Shown piece after piece: positions 1 through 12,400 of a stretch of DNA of 64,000 bases. The notes below the pieces were generated by a model, which saw only the letters and a list, made by a program, of their open reading frames with translations, was not told where the DNA came from and did no database searches. Every line of letters starts with the position of its first letter. The stretch's first letter is position 1. The position numbers and the translations under genes are program-made. Source of the stretch: Folioceros fuciformis (lineage: Eukaryota); assembly GCA_049999805.1 (NCBI GenBank), contig JBNGIO010006162.1:103827-167826 (forward strand). Direction: 5' to 3'.

Positions 1-871
1 CCTTAAGTACAAACTTGAGGTCATTGGCCAAGAAGGCCGCGCCAACCGTAAGTAACGGACCAGGATTCCGTTACGGGGGTTTCTTGGGTTTACTAATTAC
101 AAAATTATACTGGTAACTATGGACTTACTTCCCTTTTCCTAATTTTGGCAAAAAAAGGAAAATAACTTGACTTTTGCCCCTTTTCCAATAGCGGGAAAAG
201 ACAGCGGTTTGCAAATACCTTGAACTCGTTTCGGACCTGTCGCGTGGCTGTGTGACATATGTTTTATTAATCCCGGGACATTTTTATTTCCTTCAATGGT
301 ACAAATAGACCAATCTTCGGAAAGTATTAGTTACTTCAAGGATACGAGATTGGTGGTTACTTAAATACGGCAATATTTTGTTTTAAGCATTCTACAATTG
401 TGGGCCCTAGGAGGTTGAGCTTGTTGTCCTTTTATCTTAAGTGTGAGGATAATTGATTGATATTATAATAGGCATTAGCAACAAGACTTCCAATGCGAAG
501 GCATGACACTAATTGATATTATAATAGGCATTAGCGACACGGCTTCCAATGCAAAGTCATGTCACTGTGCGGTCCACGATGGAAGCTCGTGGCCCGATGT
601 GTTGGGTTGCCAACGGTAGAGAGACTGTACTGGAAATGGGCGCGAATTGAACCTCTCATGTTGTGGACAGAGGATGCAACAATATGCCTTCACATCGACA
701 ACAACGCTATGTGTAATTAGTGTCATAATTCATATATAATTAACTAATATTATAATAGGTATTAACATTTTTGTTATTCTGTCATTATGGCCCATGAGCT
801 ATCTCTTGGTTTAATGATGCATTTTACACGTAAGAATAAGTGATGGTCACACAACCTGGTTATATGCTGGT

Positions 872-1062
872 ACAAATGCGAGGTAGATGCAACTCGGGGA
901 CTCCAAACCTCCTTCCATGATGGCAATACCGTCTCTTGCAAATGNNNNNNNNNNCCATGATGGCAATACCGTCTCTTGCAAATGCAAGGTAGATGCAACT
1001 CAAGGTAGATGCAACTCGGGGACTCCAAACCTCCTTCCATGATGGGCAGTACCGTCTCTTGC
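872..1062. repeat. Tandem repeat (~65 bp unit) spanning a 10-N assembly gap
   Basis: AGGTAGATGCAACTCGGGGACTCCAAACCTCCTTCCATGATGGCAATACCGTCTCTTGCA occurs on both sides of the N run at 945-954; true copy number unknown. Confidence 0.7.
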
Positions 1063-1497
1063 ACGGCTTCTCATTGCATTCTTTTATCACTCTTCCAACA
1101 TATGTGCAACACATCACCCATTCATGTTGCATAGATGTAGCACTTTCAAACCATGGGTGCAGCATAAGCACTCCAGGTTGTTCTTGGCTAGTTGCAATAT
1201 TACAATTTATGTGCAACACAACAACCCCGAGGCTATTTCCCATGCACTGCTAGTTACACATAATCTCTCTCTTCACCATAACACAAAAATGTAATATGAG
1301 GTGGGCAATTCTAGTAGTGAAGTATCATATTTTTTTTAAGTAGGGAAGAAAATTTCTCACACATTTAAGGGAAACTACAACTAAAATCGAAAGCTATGTC
1401 TAGATATTCATCAATATAGTACTAGTAGAATTAACAAACATGTATAACTATTTAATTATAGCTCTCCTTATGATATATTTATGTGATAGCATACACC

Positions 1498-2970
1498 CTA
1501 TCTCCAACTCGTGCCATTGGCTCTCCTCATTCCTCTTGAGTTGCTACCTCTTGCACGATTGCCTCTTACACTCATGCCCCTCTCTCCTATGTCACTCCCA
1601 CTCCCCACCTCTTGCACAATTGAATCTTGACCCATTGCCTCTCGTAGTTGTGTGAAAAGAGGCAACAGAACCATCCCCATCCCCAAGTCTAGATCACTTA
1701 GCAATGGTACCCATGTCTCTTGTTCAGCTACCAATTGCCCCCTTACCCTTGAGGCTTGCTCGATAGGCAGTGGTACTTGTGTCGCTTGTTGAGCAATTGG
1801 TTGCCCCCATACCCTTGAGGCTCGCTCATTTGGCAATTGTACCCATGGTGGTCGTACTTGTGTTGCTTGTTGAGCAACTGGTTGCCCTCGTACCCTCGAG
1901 GCTCGCTCATTTGGTGGTCGTACTTGTGTCCCTTGTTGAGCAACCGGTTGCCCTCGTACCCTTGAGGCTCGCTCATTTGGTGGTCGTACTTGTGTCGCGT
2001 GTTGAGCAACCAGTTGCCCTCGTACCCTTAAGGCTCGCTCATGTGGTAGTCGTACTTGTGTCGCTTGTTGAGCAACCGGTTGCCCTCGTACCCTTGAGGC
2101 TCGCTCATTTGGTGGTCGTACCTGTGTCGCTTGTTGAGCAACTGGTTGCCCTTGTACCCTTGAGGCTCGCTCATTTGGCGGTCGTACTTGTGTCGCTTGT
2201 TGATCAACTGGTTGCCCTCGTACCCTGGAGGCTCGCTCAATTGGCGGTCGCACCTGTGTTGGTTGCTCAGCTACTAGTTGCCCACGTACCCTTGAGGCTC
2301 GCTCAATTGGGGGTTGTACCCTTCTCACTTGCTCGGCTACCGATGGCCCCTGTACCCTTGAGGCTTGCGCACTTGGCGGTTGTACCCGTGTCAATTGTTG
2401 GGCTTCTGGTTGTCCTTGTACCCCCAAGGCTCGTGCACTTAGTGGTCGTACTTGTGTCACTTGCTCGGCTATCCTATGCCCTTGTACCCTTGAGGCTCTT
2501 GCCCTTGGCGGTTGTACCTGTGTTCCTTGCTCAAATACTAGTTGCTCCAATATGCCATAGGCTTGCTGAGTTTCCGGTGGTAGTTGTGCCGCTAGGTCGG
2601 TTAGTGGTTGCTCCCATACCCCTGAGACCATCACACTTGGTAATTGTACTTCAGCCGCTTGCTCAGCTCCCGGTAGTAGCCGTTCTCTTGCTATTTGTTC
2701 CGTCACAAGTATCGATTGCACCGATTGCATACGTAACATTTTTGCTTCATTTGCATAAAAGGTACCCAAATCACCCCTGCAATTAGGGCAGGTGTAATGA
2801 TTGCTTTGGATCCATGGCATTAAACATTGGTTGTGGAAGATGTGACCACATGCATTCACGGTAATTACTTCCTCCTCTTTTAAAATAGAATCAAAACAAA
2901 CGCAACAATTGTTAGTCTCATCACCCTTGTACTTGCTTGATGTCACATGTGTACCATATAGCCTATGCAT
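1498..2970 (-). CDS. Intronless RING-H2 zinc-finger protein (putative E3 ligase) with a long 22-aa Q/R/P-rich tandem repeat and an RG-rich tail
   Basis: 490-aa ORF. RING-H2 pattern in CVCFDSILKEEEVITVNACGHIFHNQCLMPWIQSNHYTCPNC; about 12 copies of RVRGQPVAQQATQVRPPNERAS. Confidence 0.8.
   Translation of the reverse strand: MHRLYGTHVTSSKYKGDETNNCCVCFDSILKEEEVITVNACGHIFHNQCLMPWIQSNHYTCPNCRGDLGTFYANEAKMLRMQSVQSILVTEQIARERLLPGAEQAAEVQLPSVMVSGVWEQPLTDLAAQLPPETQQAYGILEQLVFEQGTQVQPPRARASRVQGHRIAEQVTQVRPLSARALGVQGQPEAQQLTRVQPPSAQASRVQGPSVAEQVRRVQPPIERASRVRGQLVAEQPTQVRPPIERASRVRGQPVDQQATQVRPPNERASRVQGQPVAQQATQVRPPNERASRVRGQPVAQQATQVRLPHERALRVRGQLVAQHATQVRPPNERASRVRGQPVAQQGTQVRPPNERASRVRGQPVAQQATQVRPPWVQLPNERASRVWGQPIAQQATQVPLPIEQASRVRGQLVAEQETWVPLLSDLDLGMGMVLLPLFTQLREAMGQDSIVQEVGSGSDIGERGMSVRGNRARGSNSRGMRRANGTSWR
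1720..2530. repeat. Coding minisatellite, 66-bp unit, about 12 copies
   Basis: Unit like GTACCCTTGAGGCTCGCTCATTTGGTGGTCGTACTTGTGTCGCTTGTTGAGCAACCGGTTGCCCTC, repeated in frame. Confidence 0.9.
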
Positions 2971-3354
2971 TTTTGCTTCACTTCAAACATAGTTAAGTTG
3001 TCCAAGCATGCTTTGTCTTACGCAATAGACATTAGGTTTCAACAAATGTCTTTGATCTTGGTAGCGTTATACAAAATGATGTTATAGGTGCATGCATATA
3101 TAGTAGTTGGATGCTATGTTTTTGGGCTATGTAGTATGCAAAACTTCGAAAACTCAAAGAATATTTAGAATAATCAGATTTGTTTTGCTAAAATATTTTT
3201 AATCACATATGTATGGTCATTGTTTGTAATATTTTAGTGGGATATCATGTGATTAGAAGAAAATATTATAAATTGAGTAAGATACGAAATAAAAAAAGCT
3301 ATATTGTATAACTCATAAAAACAATATCCAAATATTATATATATGCATGTATGT

Positions 3355-3370
3355 AACCCTAAACCCTAAA
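3355..3370. repeat. Short telomere-type repeat (CCCTAAA x2)
   Basis: AACCCTAAACCCTAAA immediately before the duplicated 3' flank of the second RING copy. Confidence 0.45.
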
Positions 3371-3492
3371 CGCATCTAAAATGGAAGGCTATGTCTAGAT
3401 ATTCACCAATATAGTACTAGTAGACCTATTGAACATATATCACTATTTCATTCGAGCTCCACTTGTGTTTTATTTATGTAACAACATAAATC

Positions 3493-4416
3493 CTATCTTC
3501 CCCTCGTGCCATCTGTTCCGCTTTCTCTCACACTCCTACCTCCAGCATTGCTCTCCCTTGCACTCCTCCCTCTTGCATCATTGCCTCTTCCACGGGTGCC
3601 TCTCGCTCCCATGCCTCTCCCAATCTGGGTCTCTTGCACCCTCATAGATCCCTCTCGCACTGTTGGGTATGGTGCCATTGCCACTTGTCGCCACCAACGC
3701 CTTTCAAAAAGAGGCAATTGTATTATCCTACTCCCAAGAGGCTCGCTCTCTTACAATTTGCGCTCTGGTTTCTTGGTGGGCTGGTGATTGCCTCCATACC
3801 CTCCAAGATTGCTCACTTGGCGATTGTACTCGTGTCGCTTGATCGATTCCCAGTTGCACCCATCCCCCTTGGGTTCGCTCCATTGCTGGTTGTATTGGTC
3901 TTGGTTGCACCCATTCCCCTTGGGTTCACTCCACTGCTGGTTGTATTGGTCTTGGTTACACCCTTTCCCCTTAGGTTCACTCCATTGCTGGTTGTATTGG
4001 TCTTGGTTGCCCCCATTCCCCTTGGGTTCGCTTCATTGCTGTTGCACCGATTCCCCTTGGGTTCGCTCCATTGCTAGTTGTACTCATCTTGGTTGCTCAA
4101 TTACTGGTTGCATTCATTCTCCTAAAGTTCGTTCTATTGCGGGTTGTACTTGTCTTGGTTGTTCAACTATCAATTGCATGTGTAATATTTCCGCTACATT
4201 TGGATAAAAGTGACCTAGATAACCTTTGCAATTGAAGCATGTGGAATGATGCTTTGAATCCATGGCATCAAACATTGGTTGTGGAATGTGACCACATGCA
4301 TTCACTATTATTACTTCCTCCTCTATTAAAATAGAATTAAAACAAATACTACAATTTTTAGTCCGATCGCCATTGTACTTGGTTGATGGCACATGTGTAC
4401 CATGTAACTCAGGCAT
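3493..4416 (-). pseudogene. Pseudogenised tandem paralog of the RING-H2 repeat gene
   Basis: N-terminus MPELHGTHVPSTKYNGDRTKNCSICFNSILIEEEVIIVNACGHI parallels copy 1. Has 2-bp and 1-bp deletions in the RING, in-frame TGA codons at about 3926 and 3977, and a 51-bp repeat. Its 3' flank (3388-3495) matches 1393-1500. Confidence 0.8.
3864..4075. repeat. 51-bp tandem repeat, about 4 copies, inside the RING pseudogene
   Basis: Unit CCCTTGGGTTCGCTCCATTGCTGGTTGTATTGGTCTTGGTTGCACCCATTC. Confidence 0.85.
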
Positions 4417-5212
4417 TTTCGCTTCCAACCTTGTCATGTTGTTCAAGTATTTTTTGTTGGCCTTCTTTTTATAATAAGCCTACTAAGCCTCACATTGTTA
4501 TTTTAGTAACTATTTATCTTAAGTTTGATGTTTTTTATACTAAGGCTCACATTTCTCTTTTAGTAACTATGTTTTGTTAAGCTTAAGCTTTTTATACTAA
4601 GGCCAGTAAACTTGGAGAGTTTATAGAAAAAAAAGAAGATGGAAGTTTTATCTACCTAGTGACAAGGGGAACAACCCCTGAAGGCTGACATTTCTCTTTT
4701 AGTAACTATATATCTTAAGCTCAAAGCGTTTTATATATTTTTATTAATGCTGGGCTAACTAAGCGTAAACAAACGTTAGTTTTTAACTGGAGGCCTAATG
4801 AGGAGCCCTAGTTTTTTCCTGGTGGGCGTGTGAACCCGTCGGTTGTTCAGTGGACCATATGCTGGTGTTTCCTCCCAATTAGTTCATTGGACACAGTTCT
4901 TGTTGCTGCGCTGCTTGGCTTGCTTGCAAATGCCTGCCTTTGTTTGGATGTGGACGCGAATTTTTTGGATTGGGACCTTGATGAATGAGAAACCAGGGGA
5001 AGACTAGACAACGTTCCCCACAGCTGTGTTTACCACCTCTATCCCTCATAGAGGCTGTACCAACACAGCCACACAAATACACCTCTATCCCTCATAGAGA
5101 ATTAGCAATGCAACCACAGTCGTGGAGCACAGTGTATCTATATCAAGCCAGAACAGGTAAGCAGTGTAGTACAGAGCTTTAGACTTAAACCGAGGAGCAA
5201 AGTGCACAACAT

Positions 5213-8200
5213 TCAGATGCCGTTCCGATTAGCTGCCTGTGAGTAATTGGCATCCAAGAAAAAACCTGTTTTGCTGAGGGTAGGGTGAGCTCGAGGAAAC
5301 AAGGACACCGGAAGAGGATACCCAGCATCCCCCGGGTGGCTGCCTTGGTCATCAAATGCCCTTCGGGACATTGAGAGCGGCATTGGGGGAAGGAAGGGGA
5401 AGGGAACAGTAGAGGATGAATAGAGAGAACTGTTTTGGGCCTCTGCCGACGTTCTCTTCACCGGATTTCGTGAGACTCTGACGGGCCTGTTTGCAGCCTG
5501 GTACGCGGGAGCTGCAGACCAGTGCTCCACGAAGCTGCTGCTGTTGTCGTTGACAAGCACGTCCTCAAAAGCTTTCAGCTGCCACTGCACATCCAGTCCT
5601 CCATTTTCAGCCCCTTCAGGAGCGAGCGACCCTGCGGCCCGTGAGGGAGTCTCCTCAAGGTGGTGGAAGCTAGTCTTCGCAACCCCGTCCGATTCCACCT
5701 CACGCCATCCAGCCTCTGCCGGTCTCCCAGCACAAGAAAAGGCGGAGGGATACCCTCCGGCCCTGTTGTCCACCTGCCTGACTGCTGCCACCGGAGGGCG
5801 ACAGCATTCAAGCTGAGTACCCACTTCTGAAGGAGCAAAAGTCTGCGGCTCAAAATGCCCACCATCGCCCAGTGGAGGGTTCACTCCGGTGCTGAATACA
5901 CCAGGAACCTGTTCCTGGTGACGCTGCACTCTGAAGAGTTCATCAGCATGGTCCAGCTCACTCGACGTAGACTTCGAGGGGCCAAGAATGGATGGTCTGG
6001 CATCTGAACAGACTCTGCTATCAGATGTGCGAAAGTTACTGCCCGGCAACCCAGACCGAGCTTCACCCCACCGTCCTTCACGTAGTTCACATCCCGAGCC
6101 CATTCCCTTCCCACCTTGCTGCTGTGACTCCACACAAGCCCTGCTGACACTGTCAGCCGGGCTGACACCCAACTCGGAATACGATGACGCGGCAAAATAC
6201 GGGGTCTGGCCTCCACCGCTACCCGAAGCAGAAACGTCAGGAGCTGGATGCGCTCTCTTCATGTGGCGCCTCAGGTTCTTCTTCGAGGAAAAGGATCCTG
6301 GGCACACGGTGCAAAAATGGCCTTTGTCCGGTTGGTTCGGCTTGAGCAAAGCTCCCTTCTCCTCGAGTCCTGAAAGTCCCATTTACACTTGAGTGTGGAT
6401 GCTACATGGTCCGTGATCATCCAGAATTCAAAAGCACATATACTAAGGAACTGCACGTACCTGGCACACTAGGACGCTCACGGACCTCTGTGGAAATACC
6501 AGACCTGGTGTTTGTACCATTGGCAGTTTCACCTTGCCCATATTTCCTCTCCCTCATCTGTTTGGCTGGGAGGCAGCCTCTGTTCTTAACCACCACTCCA
6601 GTGGCTGACTGTACAAAATCCGCGGCCTCTTTGAATGTTCCAAAGACCTTGCCCTCCGGACTGAGCACGAATACCACACCGTATTTTAGTTAACAAAGGT
6701 GGCTCCTACACAAGAGGTGCACAGGCAGAACTGGCATAACGCGTTACCTCTTCCAGCTCCTGTACTCGAGAGTAGCCCGTCCACCCTTTGTCCTCAAGAA
6801 AACACAGACAGTCCATCCCTCAGGAAAATTGTCAGCTATCACTACTTTCCGCTTTTCAGTGAGCCACTTTCCCTCAATGGCAGCTAAGCGGCGCTCCATC
6901 TCTTCCTTGAGCTTGAGCTTTTTGGGAGACTTAGGGGGAGTTGAAAACTCAACTTTCTCCTTCCCTTGGCTTTTGGGAGCTTGATTTGCAATTGCAGAAA
7001 GACTACAAACTGCACTCGCATGGGGCTCTTCAGGAATCGTACTTGATCCCTCGTTCAGACGTTGGGCTCCAGAATCCATCTCCACAGTTGAGGATCCTGT
7101 GAACTGTGGATTATCCGCCACTCCAAGACCAGACCATACTCCTTGAGAAGAGTTGCACACGATCTCATCAGTGCTTTGTAGCAGCTGTAGGCAAGTTGGC
7201 AGGACATCGTTCCCTGGTGTGACTGATTTTATGCTGCAGTCATCAGGCGATTCCCCCTTCGTCTCTGCTGCGTAACAGTCTTCTGAGCTTTCTCTTGATT
7301 CCTTGCTCAGCCGTTGGGCTTCGTGTTCAATCTCCACAGTCGAGGATCCCGTGAACTGTGAATTATCCGTCACTCCCAGACCTGCCCATGCCCCTTGAGA
7401 AGGGTTGCATATTATCTCATTAGAGTTTTGCAGCTGTATGCAGGGTGAGATATCATTTGCCGGTGTGACCGATCTTATGCTGCAGTCATCAGGCAACTCC
7501 ACCTTCGTTGATGCTACGTAGCACTCTGCTGAGCATTCTCTTGATTCTTTCTTCAGTCGTTGGGCTCCGTGATCAATCTCCACAGTGGAGGAACCCGTGA
7601 ACTGAGGATTATCCGTCACTCCAAGACCTGCCCATACACCTTGAGAAGAATTGCACAAGATCTCATTAGCGTTTTCCAGTTGTATGCAAGGTGAGACATC
7701 GTTCGCTGGTCTGTTGGAGTCATCAGGCAGCCCGCCCTTCCTTCCTGCTGCATTACATTCTGCTGAGCTTTCTCTTACCCATGGTTCTAGCGTACATATA
7801 CCATCGTGGGCAATACCTTTCTCCAGCTTCGACTTCTTTGTGTCTGGGTCTGCGGAGGAGTGCTGGGTATGAGAAAGTTTCCGTTTACCACCTCTGCTCT
7901 CTAACTTCGGTTTTCCGAACGCGGACATATGGCTGGATGTCAACATCTGCATTATCCTCTCCAGCATGCCACCACCCTCGTCCTCACTCTGATATCTTAC
8001 TGCTGACCCATCTTCAAGGTCCTTTGGCACAAAATCCTTCACATCATCCTGTTCCCCATCAATGCTACTACCGCTTGCCGCTGAAACCGGTTGATCGACG
8101 GGGCCACCAGTCTGCCCAGCTTCTGCATCTTCAGCTCCACTTAGTGCGAGAACATCCTGTTTGCTGGCTAAGGTCGAGCTCATGAGGAATGTGTCGGCCC

Positions 8201-9416
8201 TGAGAGAACCGTATTTCTTCATGGGCGTCAAGTTTCCAAGTGCAATATCCTCCCAAGCTCTCCTTGTTGTAACATGTCGCCGATAGTCTCCCACATCTTC
8301 CTCACCCTGACATCTCACTGCTGATCCATCTTCAAGGTCCATGGGCATAAGGTCTTGCGTATCATCCTGTTCCCTCTCAATGCCATTACCACTTGCCACC
8401 AAGACCGGCTGATCAACACTGCCACCAGTCTGCCCAGCTTCTGCAACTTCAGCTCCACCTACTGCCAGGACATCCTCTTCGCTGGCTAAGGCCGAGCTCA
8501 CGAAGAACGTCTCGTCCCTGGGAGAACTGCAGTTCTCAATGGGCGTGAGGCCCCCAGCTGCTGCATCCTGCCAGGCTCTACCGTTCGAAATTTGGGGCCG
8601 GGAGTCACCGCCAGCTTCCTCACTCTGACACCTCACTGCTAACCCATCTTCAGGGTCCATGGGCATAATGTCTCGCTTATCATCCTGGTCCCTCTCGATA
8701 CCGTTACCACTTGCCACCAAGCCCGGTCGATATACACCGCCGCCGGACGGCCCAGCTCCTACAACGTCAGCTCCACTGCCTACCAAGACATCCTGTTTCC
8801 TGACCGAAACCGAGCTCCAATGAGACGCATCGGGCCTGGAAGAAGTGCATTTTTCGATGGGTGTTAAGTCTGCAGGTGCGGTGTCCTGCCGGGCCCTCCT
8901 GTTCGGAACTTGTGGTCGGTACTGAGACGTGCGAATCACACTACCCCTCGACTTCTTCCGTGTCCTCTTGCTCTTACCTACTTCTGGAATCAGAGCCTTC
9001 TTGTTTGGCCTGCCAGCATCCTGGCTCTTCTGCTGCAGATTCACCGCCGGCGTATCCACAGCAGCTGGCTTGGGCAGCAGGTCTTCCCAGTTGCGGTACG
9101 TCTGTTTCCTGCTGCCCTCACTCTCATTGAACAACCTCTTATCTAACCTCGGCACGATGATCTGAGAGTGGTACTGGTGAGCTAACAAGCCTCCGTGACA
9201 CTTGGCGAGGAGAAGAAGCTCATCCTGGGCGAACTGATCCAGACTGATCCCCGGAAGTCTGAGCATGTCCACTCGAATTTCAGCTGAACTATATGCAGCA
9301 GCTCTGCAGGGCCCTTCACTCAGGACCGTCATGTTATGCGGATCAACTGGCACCCTTCTCTTCCGCAATATCCCCTGCTCTCCCGGAATACCATGCACCT
9401 CTGCAGGGCCCTTCAT
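5213..9416 (-). CDS. MBD8: MBD8-like methyl-CpG-binding-domain protein with a C2H2 zinc finger; exons about 9416-6748, 6660-6461, 6369-5213
   Basis: N-terminal IVPRLDKRLFNESEGSRKQTY resembles the plant MBD8 motif PKIDRSVFNESAGSRKQT. Splicing GT-AG introns 6747-6661 and 6460-6370 rebuilds the MBD-like FPEGWTVCVFLRTKGG...WKSPEGKVFGTFKEAADFV, in frame with C2H2 CTVCPGSFSSKKNLRRHMKRAH. Confidence 0.75.
7060..7790. repeat. Coding repeat, 3 copies of 82-84 aa (246-252 bp period)
   Basis: CNSSQGVWAGLGVTDNPQFTGSSTVE-like block three times; TCCACAG anchor at 7081, 7333, 7579. Confidence 0.85.
7975..8900. repeat. Coding repeat, 3 copies of 106 aa (318 bp period)
   Basis: ATCATCCTG anchor at 8043, 8361, 8679; peptide like LVASGNGIEREQDDTQDLMPMDLEDGSAVRCQ three times. 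Confidence 0.85.
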
Positions 9417-12400
9417 TCAGGACCCGTCATGGAATGCGCATCAACTGTACCCAGCTGTTCCGCACTGTCATTCACATGCCAACTACCACACACCAGTCCG
9501 GAAGCGGATACCGCAGACCTCTACGGCCCAGCTAAGTACCATACCACGACGATATCATTTGGAGGGTTGGGCGCAGATCGCTTGCAACCCATTCAACACC
9601 ATGACTGCCCTCCTATTCGGGATCTGACCCACCAGCGTCCCTCGGGACTGTGACCTCGGTCTCCAGGCCCTCTACAAGCAGCTGCTTGCGTAGCATTGTT
9701 TGGCCCATATTTGGCCACTTCTGCAACAACCCATTCTACCACGGTCTCATCATTCCGAAACTCCAGGGGAAAACTTTTTTGCCCACCAGGCTCTCAGCCT
9801 CAGCCTCACAGCCTCCGGGTGCCGTCACGCCGCAGGCCCGATTTTACACGGATATTGTGCCCTACCGGGCCGTCGCTCGGTCGGCAATACCCTTCCACGG
9901 ATCTGAAGCTGTAACGATGAGAGCCGTCAATCCCTCATTTTGGATGTCATAAGTTGAGAACCGAGTGAATGCTGTGTCTGGAAGGTATTAAAAGTCTGGA
10001 GCTCATATCGCAGTACCATGAAATGATGTGTCAAGTAAGTGGTGAGGTGGTGGGGTTGATGCCCGTCTTTTGTGGTGTCCACTGGCGAGAATGCGATGGG
10101 AGGACGTGTATCCTTGTCTGCTCTTGTGTTTGCAGCGAGTTCCAAGAGGTCTAGAAGGAGATTGCTTCCAAATCCTCCCCTCCCTAGTGTTCGCCTTCCT
10201 TACAGTTGGGGGATCTGTCATTGAGGCGGGAATTCCACCGCTCACGATACGTTCGGAGAGGTTCTGAGCTAGGGGACCGTCGGCTCAGAGCTGGCCGTGT
10301 AGATCGTTAATGTGAGACCTTATGTGCATATGATTTCCAAGTGAAGTCCTTGTCTACTGCGCAACCTTCGCATCAGCCACCAAGTGAGCCAGCAACTACA
10401 GCCCGTCAGGTACGCCTTAGCACCGAACCTGTGCACTGTAGGGGAAACTGCGAGGTGGCTATGGTTTATGGGATGCATTCCGCTTTAATGCAGTTATTCG
10501 TATCCCTTGTGCTTGAACGTACTTGTCAAGAAGGAACTAGGCTGGAAGTGGGCTGGTCATCGACTTCAGATTTGTGATCTGTGTTTTGTCTCGTGAACCG
10601 TCACAATATACTCAACCAGCATCCTTGGCCCCGGTAGACGTGCCTCTTGTAAGGTTGGTCCTGTGACAGTTGCTAGCCTACATGCAGCATATGGAAGCAT
10701 CAGGTCACCTGCCTGTAGAGGCTGTGTCCGACCCATGTGCCTGCCAACTGCTGGGAGGCGGTCTTGGGGTGTCCTCACTAGGCCTGGTGTCAATGGAACA
10801 GGCATTTCGATGCCCATGTATTAGCAGGGTTACTACAGGCCTCCTCCTAGTGGACAGACGCAGTTACTACCGAAGCCCCTACCAGTAATGCTTTGCAGGC
10901 TGCTGCACGGTTTTCCATCGTTGGCATCATTGTCTGGAGTACCAAGTGGTACAGTCTCCAGTCAGGTAAGCGTGGCCTTTGCAAATGCTCCTCCACCACC
11001 TATGGTTGCCATCCAACCTTACGTCCATGCGGCAGTCTTTTGAGTCCTTGACAGCGGCATCGTTCCCTGCCTCAAGTGCAGCTTCTACGCCGGTTGCTGC
11101 ATCATGGGACTGATACCACATTTGTCCNNNNNNNNNNNNNNNNNNNNNNNNNNNNNNNNNNNNNNNNNNNNNNNNNNNNNNNNNNNNNNNNNNNNNNNNN
11201 NNNNNNNNNNNNNNNNNNNNNNNNNNNGCAGTAGGCAAGTTTGCATATCCAGAAGGTAAAGTCAGTGCTGTGATAACCCCAGCAGCCAAGAATCCTCGGA
11301 GAAGCAATGCCCATGGTCAATCGTTTTTAGGTCCACTTCAGGGTGTAGGTGGTGGTGGTGGTGGTCCTGGATTTGCTTGTACGGTTTCGGCTGCCCCTCC
11401 ACACTCAACCCCTACAAAAGGGTTGTGGTTCCATGCCAGTGGTCGGAAAAGTGCTGGGGCCTTACAACTTTCAGTTTGTAACAGAATTGCCAGAGTCAGA
11501 ACATTAAATCGCCTCTGGAGCATTGGAGGATCTGCAGCAACCACTCACTTTGCCTCCAACAGGTGGCACTTTGGTCACATCTGGACTTTGGTCACATCTG
11601 GTGCTCATGAGTCTTTCCTGGTGGTGCAGTTGGTGTTTCTTCTCATTATGCGATACAAAATATGACCAAATTCTCTTGCAAGTTCTGTATCTATATGATG
11701 GATTTTGAATTCTAAACTTTCCTCCTAATAGAGAAAGTTTGGTATGTGATGGTAAAACTCTATCTATGGAACACTGCATGCTTAGAAATCCCTCATGAAT
11801 AAAACAAGAATAGGTACTAAGCACACTCCCTCATAGATGAAAATAAATTGATAGCAACTAAACACAAACTCACTCATAGGAACAAAACATGTGCATTTGG
11901 ACAGAAGCATATGTAGAATCCTTCCCATGGAGAAGGAGATGTCATTAACCACCAAGTTCCTCATGCACATGTAATTTTGACTATAACTTTGACTGTAACA
12001 ATGGTATATGAGAGCAGCCTCTCCCAACAAGATAAAATCCTCTTCCTTTGGTCAAATATGAACATGGTTGTACTCATGAATTGATCATGTTTTAAATAGG
12101 GTTGAATCCATGAGTTGCCTTGTTCATGTTGGAGGAATGTATTGTCCCTACAAAGTAGTAAGTAAAGTAAAGTGCATTCTTGAGTTGTTGAGAGGCCATA
12201 GAAGTGCAAATTTGGAGGGTAAGCCAAAGGCTAGACTGGGTAGAGGTATCAGTTACAGGAGATTTTGCAAGTACCATTTCAAATTAAGTTTTATAAGTTC
12301 TTGGCCAACGCATTTTCACAATTACGTGAAGTTTCAAAAGTTCCAAAATTAGTCCACCTAGCGAATTGTAATTTCCGCGTATGGTGAACTCTAGGAACTG

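Noticed and set aside
1770-2786. 338-aa hydrophobic + strand ORF (VLVSLVEQPVALVPLRLAHL repeats)
   Set aside because: Antisense shadow of the 66-bp coding repeat; the minus strand carries the RING domain.
3926-3979. In-frame TGA codons repaired by U-to-C editing
   Set aside because: This type of editing is organellar, whereas this is a nuclear locus that also has frameshifts; CpG decay is the simpler explanation.
10920-11600. Short ORFs around the N gap, including a TGGTATCAG PBS-like motif on the minus strand and a poly-Pro run
   Set aside because: No recognisable domain, LTR or gag; the gap prevents interpretation.
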